Source: Flavobacteriales bacterium
Lineage (GTDB): Bacteria > Bacteroidota > Bacteroidia > NS11-12g > UBA955
Reading direction: 5' to 3'
DNA: 64,000 bases
NCBI GenBank assembly: GCA_024643755.1
Contig: JAHEMG010000001.1
Coordinates: 6,812 to 70,811 of the forward strand
The translations under genes were made by a program, and so were the position numbers. A model generated the notes under the pieces. It was not told the DNA's origin and did not search any database. It was given only the letters and a program-made list of their open reading frames with translations. Shown one piece after another: positions 1 to 8,040 of this stretch (positions within the stretch are counted from its first letter, which is position 1; each line of letters starts with the position of its first letter).

Positions 1-2307
1 CTTCAAAGGACGGGTGAATGTTGCACTGCGCTGGTGCGTATACAACTGAATCGTTTCGTTGTGAGACAGTCCCCCCGCATGTAACACCACAACATCAAAT
101 TGCACTTGGGCGTTTGTCGTTCTTGTATCTAAAACCAAGGTGTCGTTGTTGGTGCTGGTTCCGGCGAATCCCAATGCGGTAGTGCCATAACTCAACCCAT
201 GTCCGAAAGCAAACAAAGGCGTGTTCTGGATATCCAAATACTTTGAGGTGTATTTCTGCTTCTCATCAAACGGACGGCCCGTGTTTTTCGCATTGTAATA
301 GATAGGGACCTGTCCAACGGATCTTGGAAACGTCATCGTCAATTTTCCACTGGGCGATGCCTTGCCGAACAATACATCGCGCACTGCCAAGCCCGCTTGT
401 GTGCCGGGGAACCAAGTCACCAACATCGATGCAGCCAAATTGGTTTCTTCGCTCAAATCCAAGGGACGGCCATTCATCAACAACAAAACGATGGGTTTGC
501 CCGTAGCGGCCAAAGCGCGCAACAAAGCTTTTTGATTTTCAGGCAGTTGGATGTTGCTGCGACTAGCGGCTTCACCACTCATACCAAAGGTTTCACCCAA
601 ATACACCACCACGACGTCTTTGGTTTTGGCCAAGGCTACAGCTTCATCGATCAGCGCCTGGGGCGATTTTGCGGATTTTTCAATCATGCCGCCGTGTTCG
701 TTTAAGCGGGCAATCAGGGCGTCGTCTTCCAGCATGTTACACCCCAGGGCATAGTTGCTTTCATCGTTGAGATTGGGTTTTTCCAATTCAGTCGTTGGCT
801 GACCTTCCCACTTTTTACTCGAATACAACGCCTCCCACAAACTGATGGCCTGCTTGTAGTCGCCAGCACCACTCCAGTTGCCGATGAGGTTGCGCTTGTC
901 TTTGACGAAAGGACCAATATATGCGATGTTGGCACTGGGCGATAAGGGCAAAATACCATTCGTTGCTGCGTTTTCTTGTGATTGATTTTTGGGCGATTCG
1001 TTTTTGAGCAATACAAACGATTCTACTGCCGCTTGGTAAGCTATGGCTCGGTGCGCATTCGACAGATGGACTAGCGCAAGCGCAGGGGCTTTGTCGGTCA
1101 GTTGTCTGTAAGGATCCGTGAACAGTCCCAAGCGATATTTCGTATTCAAAATTCTCCGACAGGCTAAATCCACGGTGGACTCACTCACAGCGCCATTTTT
1201 TACCAAATCGGGTAGTTTGTTTAAAAAGAGTTCTGATACCATATCCATGTCGGATCCGGCCCACAAAGAGCGTTTTGCTACATTGCTTTCATTGCCCATG
1301 CCATGATTCATGAGTTCAGAAATCCCCGTATAATCGGTACTTACCATGCCGTTGAAGCCCCATTCTTTGCGAAGTACATCGGTCAATAACCATCGGTTAC
1401 AGGTGGCGGGTGTGCCATTGATGTCGTTGAAGGAAGCCATCGCGGAGCCCACACCTTCTTCAATACAGGCCTTATAAGGAGGGAAATAGTCGTTGTACAT
1501 TTTATACAAACTCATGTCCACGGTATTGTAATCGCGACCGGCTTCGGCAGCACCATACAGTCCAAAATGTTTCACACAAGCCAGAATGTTGCTGGGCTGA
1601 TTTAATCTATTTTGTTCACTTCCTTGATAGCCTTTTACCATGGCTATCCCCACGGCTGAACCCAGGAAAGGATCTTCTCCGGCACCTTCACTAACCCGTC
1701 CCCAACGAGGATCCCGGGCGATATCCACCATCGGAGAGAAAGTCCAATTGAGTCCATCCGCAGTGGCTTCAACAGCGGCCACTCGGGCGGTTTGCTCTAC
1801 CAAATTCATGTTCCACGTACAGCTCAATCCCAACGGAATGGGGAAAATGGTCCGATGTCCATGGATCACATCAAATCCAAACAACAGCGGGATGCCTAGG
1901 CGGGTTTCTTTGATGGCTTTTTGTTGCAATTTTCGCACGGCTACTGGCGTGAACGTATTAAAAACGCCACCGACAAGTCCTTTTTGGATTTTGCCTTCCA
2001 CGTCTTTCGAGAGCACCGGTCCAGTGACATCAAAGCCCACAGTGGGTAGGTTTAACTGTCCGATTTTCTCCTCCAACGTCATTTTTGCCATGAGGGCGGA
2101 TACGTATTTGTCCATCCCCAGCGTATCTGGAAATTGCCACTGGAATGCAGCGCCCGGCGCGACATCCGATGACAACGTCGTTTTTGATTCGTTAGATTTG
2201 TTTTTGCCTTTGTTTGACTGTGCCACAGCGCTGGTGGTTGATAGCAAAGCGGTTAGAGCGATGGCAATGTGGGTAGAAAAGCGACGTGTATTGGGATTGA
2301 TTTGCAT
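1..2307 (-). CDS. Glycoside hydrolase family 3 beta-glucosidase (BglX-like), N-terminal approx. 769 aa; C-terminus beyond window edge
   Basis: Own translation of the minus strand from ATG at 2307 gives signal peptide MQINPNTRRFSTHIAIALTALLSTTSAVAQ, then GH3 N- and C-terminal domain motifs (KHFGLYGAAEAGRDYN, SDYTGI, GFNG...TDY, HGLSY). The ORF is open to position 1. It is not in the ORF track because it has no stop in the window. Confidence 0.85.
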   Translation of the reverse strand, partial: MQINPNTRRFSTHIAIALTALLSTTSAVAQSNKGKNKSNESKTTLSSDVAPGAAFQWQFPDTLGMDKYVSALMAKMTLEEKIGQLNLPTVGFDVTGPVLSKDVEGKIQKGLVGGVFNTFTPVAVRKLQQKAIKETRLGIPLLFGFDVIHGHRTIFPIPLGLSCTWNMNLVEQTARVAAVEATADGLNWTFSPMVDIARDPRWGRVSEGAGEDPFLGSAVGIAMVKGYQGSEQNRLNQPSNILACVKHFGLYGAAEAGRDYNTVDMSLYKMYNDYFPPYKACIEEGVGSAMASFNDINGTPATCNRWLLTDVLRKEWGFNGMVSTDYTGISELMNHGMGNESNVAKRSLWAGSDMDMVSELFLNKLPDLVKNGAVSESTVDLACRRILNTKYRLGLFTDPYRQLTDKAPALALVHLSNAHRAIAYQAAVESFVLLKNESPKNQSQENAATNGILPLSPSANIAYIGPFVKDKRNLIGNWSGAGDYKQAISLWEALYSSKKWEGQPTTELEKPNLNDESNYALGCNMLEDDALIARLNEHGGMIEKSAKSPQALIDEAVALAKTKDVVVVYLGETFGMSGEAASRSNIQLPENQKALLRALAATGKPIVLLLMNGRPLDLSEETNLAASMLVTWFPGTQAGLAVRDVLFGKASPSGKLTMTFPRSVGQVPIYYNAKNTGRPFDEKQKYTSKYLDIQNTPLFAFGHGLSYGTTALGFAGTSTNNDTLVLDTRTTNAQVQFDVVVLHAGGLSHNETIQLYTHQRSATFTRPLK

Positions 2308-2321
2308 GAGAAATGAATGGG

Positions 2322-3812
2322 TTATTTTTTGATATAGGGCGTGGTGAAATCCAATGATTTCATGCCTTGTTGAATTTCTGGGATGTTCATGAATAGGTTC
2401 CAAAGCAGCTGTGAGCGATGGTTTTCGATCATGATCACAATGGGACCTTGGTCGATGGCGAGGTAGCTGTTAGCGACCCAATTTTCAGTGGCACAGAAAG
2501 CGTCGCGGAATCCGTACGGACCCCAAATGGGATTCTCATTGGGTTGGGTATTTACATAGCGATTAGCACTGCCACTGCCATTAGCGCTCGCGTTCGGTCG
2601 GGTAGTGTCGTTTGCGGGAAACAGCGATCGCATCGCACCCACATCGAAAAAATTACGCAGGGCGGTCAAGCTTTGTTCGGGCGAATAAGGCATCGCAGAC
2701 AGTGCGGCAGTGGGCGAAATCACCCCTAGGTCTTCGGTGGGAGAGTGTGCTGCATAGCCCAAATGATTGTCGGAGGCGGTGAGTCCCCAGCAGCCGGGGC
2801 CGTATCCTTTGAATTTCAGGGGATTTTCCTGACAGTGTTTGTAGTTGATAAGGGTATGGGCCACGTTTTGCTCGAAATAGTTGGCGTATCGGTCTTCGAG
2901 TCCGCGTGGGTTGAGTCCCAAAAAGCTATAATGCGAGAAGAACAGCGGTCCACCGTAATCGAAGCCCAGGGGCAGGGTGACATCTAGGTAGGTTTTACCA
3001 TTTTTAAAGTGGTTGCCGGCCGTCCATCCTTTGTGATAGACTTTCGGCGAGATGGCAAATCGGGGGTGGGAGGCGGCCAAAACATAGGCGATGAGGCATT
3101 CGTTCCAGCCCTGAATTTTGTGGTTCATGCTCCAGCCGTTGTTGGGACTCCAATGCCAATAGAGGGTGTTTTGGTTTTGGGTATACCAGTTCCATTCGCA
3201 GTCGCTCCAGAGCCAGGTAATACGATTTCTTAGTTCTGTTTCTTGGGGCGATGGGTCATTGAAGTAGGCGCGCACGCAGAGCAATCCTTGGAAGAGGTAG
3301 GCCGATTCTACAATATCGCCGCCATCGTCTTTTCTGGAAAAGGGTATGGTTTTGCCGGTTTCGCCGTTGAGCCAATGAGGGAAAATACCGTGGTAATGGT
3401 CGGCTTTGGCCAAGAATTTTACACTTTTGAGTAGGTGTGCTACAACGTCTTCGCGATTGAGCCAGCCGCGATGAACACCCACGATGAGTGCCATAAAGCC
3501 CATGCCCGAGCCACCGGTGGTGACCACTTCGTTGCCGTAATCGTAGGCGACGTTGCTGCGTTCGCGGGCCAAGCCTGAGGTAGGGTGTGCGAAATCCCAA
3601 AAGTATTTGATGGTTTGTTTTTGAACAGAATCCATGAGGATTCGATCTTGTTCAAGGGTGGGCTGATCGGATGAAATCGTTTGTGCATGGCCGAGTGCTG
3701 CGCCAAACAACAAAATCAAGGCCATCGCCCGGAACAATAAGGTTGAGAACCCGGAAGGCAAATGCTTGGGGGTAGGCAGGCGTCGTATGTGTTTATACAA
3801 GGTTTGGGCCAT
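2322..3812 (-). CDS. GH144-like (DUF3131 / 'putative glucoamylase' family) endo-beta-1,2-glucanase, periplasmic paralogue
   Basis: 496-aa ORF with signal peptide. Conserved block FWDFAHPTSGLARER...GGSGMG...HWLNGETGK...GWNEC matches the DUF3131/GH144 family as I recall it. PUL context with GH3 and SusCD. The start may instead be the internal Met at 3725. Confidence 0.55.
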   Translation of the reverse strand: MAQTLYKHIRRLPTPKHLPSGFSTLLFRAMALILLFGAALGHAQTISSDQPTLEQDRILMDSVQKQTIKYFWDFAHPTSGLARERSNVAYDYGNEVVTTGGSGMGFMALIVGVHRGWLNREDVVAHLLKSVKFLAKADHYHGIFPHWLNGETGKTIPFSRKDDGGDIVESAYLFQGLLCVRAYFNDPSPQETELRNRITWLWSDCEWNWYTQNQNTLYWHWSPNNGWSMNHKIQGWNECLIAYVLAASHPRFAISPKVYHKGWTAGNHFKNGKTYLDVTLPLGFDYGGPLFFSHYSFLGLNPRGLEDRYANYFEQNVAHTLINYKHCQENPLKFKGYGPGCWGLTASDNHLGYAAHSPTEDLGVISPTAALSAMPYSPEQSLTALRNFFDVGAMRSLFPANDTTRPNASANGSGSANRYVNTQPNENPIWGPYGFRDAFCATENWVANSYLAIDQGPIVIMIENHRSQLLWNLFMNIPEIQQGMKSLDFTTPYIKK

Positions 3813-3819
3813 GGTGAAA

Positions 3820-5496
3820 TTACAGATAGGGGGCCGTGAATTGGAGTTTTTTGAGTCCGGCTTTCACTTCGGCATCTGAGGTAAAGGTTTTCCAGAGCAA
3901 TTGAGAGCGATGGTTTTCGATCATGACCACGATCGGACCTTGGTCGATGGCCAGGAAGGAGGTGGCGAACCAGCCCACGTTGAGGTTGAAGGCATCGGTG
4001 AAGCCTTGGTTTCTCCAAATTTTATCGCCCAGTTTGTAATAGAAAAAGCGGGCGGCTTTCATGGATTCGGTGGGGGTGTAGGGCATGGAACTGAGGGCCG
4101 CCGTGGGCGATATTACGCCGAGATCGTTGTTGGGCGAATGCGCGCTATACCCTGAGTTGTTGTCGGAAGCGGTGAGTCCCCAGCATTCATCGGAATAGCC
4201 ATAATGCTGTCGGGGATTTGCTTTGCAGTAGGCGTGGTTGATTTTGCTGTGGTTGGTGGTTTGTGTTTCGTAGTTGGCGTAGGCATCGCTGAGTCCGCGA
4301 GGGTCTAATCCCAGGAAACTGTAGTGCGAGAAGAACAGCGGTCCGCCGAGGTTTTCGCCCAGGGGCAGTTGAAATCCGTAGAAGCTGTTGCCATTTTTGA
4401 TGCTGCCGTTGTTGGCCCATCCTTTTTGGTAGGTGGCAAGGTCGATGGGGTGGGTGGGACTGCTTGCGGCGAGTACATAGGTGATGAGGCATTCGTTCCA
4501 TCCGCGGATGGTCATGTTCATTTTCCAACCCAGCGATGGGCTCCAGTGCCAATAGAGCGAGCCGCTGTTACTTTTGGTGTACCAATCCCATTCAACTTTT
4601 TCCCAAATGCTGGTAATGTCTGATCGCAGTTGGGTTTCATCGCTGCTAGACTGATCGAAATAGGCCCTTGCGGTGAGCAATCCTTGGATGAGGTAGGAGG
4701 TTTCTACGAGGTCGCCACCGTTATCATCGCCGGAAAAGGGGATGACTTTGCCGTTGTTTCCATCGAGCCAATGGGGGTAGGCGCCGTGGAAGGTTTGGGC
4801 GGTATTTTTGAGGAAGGAGGCCATTTTTTGGATGCGGGCAAGTCCTTGTGCGCGGGTGATAAACCCTCTGTTTACACCTGCGATGATGGCCATGATGCCC
4901 ATGCCTGAGCCGCCAGAGGTAACTAGGTCGCCAGAGGTATTGCGTTCGCGGGCGAGGCCACTGTTGGGGTGGGCGTAGTTCCAGAAGTATTGGAAGGTAT
5001 TGTATTGGATGCTATCGAGCAGGGTTTCGTCTGAGATGCGGGGAAATTTGTCGGTGGTATCCATCATGGTGCCCACGGAGATGCCCACGTAATAGGCGGG
5101 GTTGGTACCCACTTTGGATTTGAGGGCGGTGTTGATGGCAACCACATAGCCGGTACCGGTTTTGAGTTTGGTTTTGGGCGTGAGTTTTACGGCGCTATCG
5201 CCTTTGAAGAATTGATAATTCAGGGCGATGGGGTCGTAGCCTTTCTCTTTTACGGCGATGTTTTCTTTGGCCGATAGGGTATCGAGGGCGTTCGAGAAAT
5301 AGAGAGTAAAGGTTGAGTTGAGGGGGATTCCATTCGATTTTCCGCTGGTGGGGGCATCGTTGATGTGGAATACGGTGAGCATGATGCCGTTGGGCTTTGC
5401 CGCCGGTGGTGGCGGGGTTTCCTCTTCGCAGGATGCGGTGAAAAGCACGCAAGTTAGTGCGAAAAGTAGGGGGGTGGAGCGACGGAAAAATGCCAT
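3820..5496 (-). CDS. GH144-like endo-beta-1,2-glucanase paralogue, lipoprotein with extra N-terminal Ig-like domain (likely surface-exposed)
   Basis: Paralogous to 2322-3812 (same conserved blocks HPNSGLARER, GGSGMG, HWLDGNNGK, GWNEC). Start chosen at MAFFRRSTPLLFALTCVLFTASC (lipobox) at 5496. The longer track ORF (to 5580) would run through a terminator hairpin. Confidence 0.55.
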   Translation of the reverse strand: MAFFRRSTPLLFALTCVLFTASCEEETPPPPAAKPNGIMLTVFHINDAPTSGKSNGIPLNSTFTLYFSNALDTLSAKENIAVKEKGYDPIALNYQFFKGDSAVKLTPKTKLKTGTGYVVAINTALKSKVGTNPAYYVGISVGTMMDTTDKFPRISDETLLDSIQYNTFQYFWNYAHPNSGLARERNTSGDLVTSGGSGMGIMAIIAGVNRGFITRAQGLARIQKMASFLKNTAQTFHGAYPHWLDGNNGKVIPFSGDDNGGDLVETSYLIQGLLTARAYFDQSSSDETQLRSDITSIWEKVEWDWYTKSNSGSLYWHWSPSLGWKMNMTIRGWNECLITYVLAASSPTHPIDLATYQKGWANNGSIKNGNSFYGFQLPLGENLGGPLFFSHYSFLGLDPRGLSDAYANYETQTTNHSKINHAYCKANPRQHYGYSDECWGLTASDNNSGYSAHSPNNDLGVISPTAALSSMPYTPTESMKAARFFYYKLGDKIWRNQGFTDAFNLNVGWFATSFLAIDQGPIVVMIENHRSQLLWKTFTSDAEVKAGLKKLQFTAPYL

Positions 5497-5562
5497 GATT
5501 TTTAAAGATTCTAAATTACGAAAACTCCCGTGTTTTATGGTGCTGAGCGACAATTTTTTTCT

Positions 5563-5601
5563 AAAAAAAGGCGGGCCCATTCAAGGATTGAATGGGCCCG
5601 C
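5563..5601 (-). terminator. Rho-independent terminator of the LamG-lipoprotein gene
   Basis: Perfect 14-bp inverted repeat gcgggcccattcaa/ttgaatgggcccgc with a 3-nt loop. On the minus strand it is followed by a T7 run (plus-strand aaaaaaa at 5563-5569). Confidence 0.7.
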
Positions 5602-5624
5602 GCAGTAAAAGGGATTGGGAAGGA

Positions 5625-6509
5625 TTATTTTCCGGCTTTTTCCAAGTCGTACAATGCTTTTACATCGGCATCAGCCAATGCTTTGCTGTAGATACGGAAT
5701 TCATCCAAACCACCATCGTAGTTTTTCATCCAAGCATCAGGAGTGCTGCCTGGCAAGCTTTGCTTGTAGCAACCGAAAACAAATTTGGTGGCATTTTTGA
5801 ATGCCAAGTTACCCAATGGAGCACCACCTTTGGTAGGGTCGTCTTGGTATTTGTCTGTAGTGCTTGCTGGCAAGTTCATTTTAGTACCGTCTACGTAAAC
5901 AGCCACTTTAGAAGAAGCTGCATCGTAAGAGCAAACTACATGGTGCCAAGCATCGTTACCGATGATGATACGGCTAGTTCCGCTCAAGTCAGTCCACTGC
6001 TCTTTCCAAGCAGTTGCATTCCAGTTGTTCACGGTGAACTTGATGCGTGTAGAATCGTTACCAGTAGCACCAGATTCTTGCAAAATGAACATGTTGCCGA
6101 TCCAGTTTGAATCGTTCAACAATTGGAACCAAGATTCAGCACCATCGGTGTGGGCAGAAGTTTTTACCCAAGAAGAGATGGTTACAGACTGCAAGCTGCT
6201 GATTGCATTAGAAACACCAGTGTACAATACGTAACCGTTGCTAGCACCTTTCCAAGCTTGTCCTTTTGCACCGGCAATGAAGCTAGTGCCAGAAGCTGTT
6301 CCACCTGTGATGTTGCCTTTGGCATCATCTACGCTGTTTTCGAACGAAAACTTCGCCACCAAATTGGCTGCAGCTACTTCGTCAGAAGTGGTGTAACCAC
6401 CCGTGGTGTTGTTGTCGTCTGGAGTGTCATCGCCACAAGATGTAACGGTGAATGTTAGGGCTGATGCTGCGAAAAGCACCGCCAATGGGAATAATTTGAT
6501 TTTTTTCAT
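5625..6509 (-). CDS. PUL-associated lipoprotein with concanavalin A-like/LamG domain, putative surface glycan-binding protein
   Basis: 294 aa with lipoprotein signal MKKIKLFPLAVLFAASALTFTVTSC. Position immediately after susD is typical of SusE/F-like SGBPs. The LamG-like assignment comes from beta-sandwich-type sequence features only. Confidence 0.45.
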   Translation of the reverse strand: MKKIKLFPLAVLFAASALTFTVTSCGDDTPDDNNTTGGYTTSDEVAAANLVAKFSFENSVDDAKGNITGGTASGTSFIAGAKGQAWKGASNGYVLYTGVSNAISSLQSVTISSWVKTSAHTDGAESWFQLLNDSNWIGNMFILQESGATGNDSTRIKFTVNNWNATAWKEQWTDLSGTSRIIIGNDAWHHVVCSYDAASSKVAVYVDGTKMNLPASTTDKYQDDPTKGGAPLGNLAFKNATKFVFGCYKQSLPGSTPDAWMKNYDGGLDEFRIYSKALADADVKALYDLEKAGK

Positions 6510-6536
6510 AGATATATGAGATTAGGTTTTATTGTT

Positions 6537-8036
6537 TTAATAGCCAGGGTTCTGTGTCATCTTACCGCCACTAAGGTCGATCTGTCTTTGAGGAATGGGA
6601 TACAAATCATGCACACCATCGATGTAGGTTTTGCCATGGGCACGCATCACATCACCGGCTCTGCCTTGTCTGCGCAAATCAAATACGCGATCGTGTTCCA
6701 TCGCAAATTCAACAAATCGCTCTTTCCAAATGGCATCGCGAATTTCGGCTTGGGTGGTTGCCGTGGTATTGGGCAATCCCGCGCGGTTACGAATCAAATT
6801 GAGTGATTTGATGGCATCGGCGGTTTTGCCATTTTCATTGGCGGCTTCTGCGTGAATCAGCAATATGTCGGCATAGCGCAAAACACGCATGTTCTTATTG
6901 GCAAACCAATCGTCTTTGCCCCAACTTTCCATGGTTTTGGAAACATAACTTTTGTAATTGTAGTGTGCATTGGGTGCGGCATTGTTGCACACGTAGCCAT
7001 CCCATAGCACATCGCCCCGAGAGAAGAAGGTCGCAGCTTTTCGCACATCGCCCGCTTCAAAAGCATTGATGAGTGTTTGGGTTGGTGTATTGAAGCCCCA
7101 TCCCAGTCCGCCGGCACCGCGAGGCGCTTGAACCACGAAGTAGCCTTCTATGGCTTTGGCGGGGGCAGATCCTTTGCAATTGATTTCCCAGATGGATTCG
7201 CTGCTAAATTCTCCCACTTCACGGAATAATTTGTCGTATTCGGCCAACAAGCTGTAGGTGCCACTGGCCATGATTTCGGCGCACAATGATTCGGCTTTCC
7301 CATAGCGTTTGCGGTACAGGGAAGATTTTGCCAACAGCGCTTTCGCAGCCCCAGAAGTTACCCTGCCTGCTTGGTCTGATAAGTAGCTGGCTGGCAAAAC
7401 GGTGGCGGCAAATTCAAGGTCTGCATCGATGAAGTCGTACACTTGATCGGCGGTGGCTCTGTAGTTCAATGCTTCAATTTCTGCAGCGGTTTTGGGTACT
7501 TTGGGGATCAATGGAACGCCACCGAAGCTTCTAACCAAATTCCAGTAGAAATAGGCACGCAGGAATCGGGCTTCGCCCATCAAACGATCACGTAATCCGG
7601 CATTGATGTCCAATGTGGGCAATAAATCTACTGCTTTGTTGGCGCGTGCAATGCCTTCGAAATTGGATTCCCATACCTCTCCGAAGCTGATGGAGGTGGG
7701 CGACCAACTCAATTTGTCGAGCTGGTCTTTGTCTGTGCCAGTATCGCCTGGATCGCTGCCTTTGTCACCTTCGTCTGAGGCGATGGAGGTCATTCCCAAC
7801 CAAGAAAATCCATGTTGTTGCCAATCGTAGAGTTTGCTGTATACTGCGGTTACCAGCTCTTGGGCGGCATTTGAAGTAGCGTTGAAGTAGTCATCGGGGG
7901 TTTGAACCCTGGGGGTTTCATCCAAGAAACTTTTGCGACATCCGCTCACGGCGATGCCCAACGTGGCGATGGCTAAGGTGCCAATGGCCCAGCTTTTTGC
8001 TGTTTTCAATGGGGTTGTATTGCGTGTGAATTTCAT
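6537..8036 (-). CDS. susD: SusD/RagB family nutrient-binding outer membrane lipoprotein
   Basis: SusD-family motifs (LRAYFYWNLVRSFGGVPL). Start set at MKFTRNTTPLKT...AVSGC (lipobox) 4 nt downstream of the susC stop. The track ORF's extra 70 aa overlap susC and are rejected. Confidence 0.85.
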   Translation of the reverse strand: MKFTRNTTPLKTAKSWAIGTLAIATLGIAVSGCRKSFLDETPRVQTPDDYFNATSNAAQELVTAVYSKLYDWQQHGFSWLGMTSIASDEGDKGSDPGDTGTDKDQLDKLSWSPTSISFGEVWESNFEGIARANKAVDLLPTLDINAGLRDRLMGEARFLRAYFYWNLVRSFGGVPLIPKVPKTAAEIEALNYRATADQVYDFIDADLEFAATVLPASYLSDQAGRVTSGAAKALLAKSSLYRKRYGKAESLCAEIMASGTYSLLAEYDKLFREVGEFSSESIWEINCKGSAPAKAIEGYFVVQAPRGAGGLGWGFNTPTQTLINAFEAGDVRKAATFFSRGDVLWDGYVCNNAAPNAHYNYKSYVSKTMESWGKDDWFANKNMRVLRYADILLIHAEAANENGKTADAIKSLNLIRNRAGLPNTTATTQAEIRDAIWKERFVEFAMEHDRVFDLRRQGRAGDVMRAHGKTYIDGVHDLYPIPQRQIDLSGGKMTQNPGY

Positions 8037-8040
8037 GGGT

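Noticed and set aside
1640-2332. 230-aa plus-strand ORF
   Set aside because: It lies entirely antisense to the GH3 beta-glucosidase reading frame, which has clear family motifs. It has a low-complexity Ser/Pro/Thr composition and no start context.
5497-5580. N-terminal extension of the second GH144-like ORF (586-aa version)
   Set aside because: The extension runs through the intrinsic terminator hairpin at 5563-5601. The lipoprotein signal begins at the internal Met (5496).
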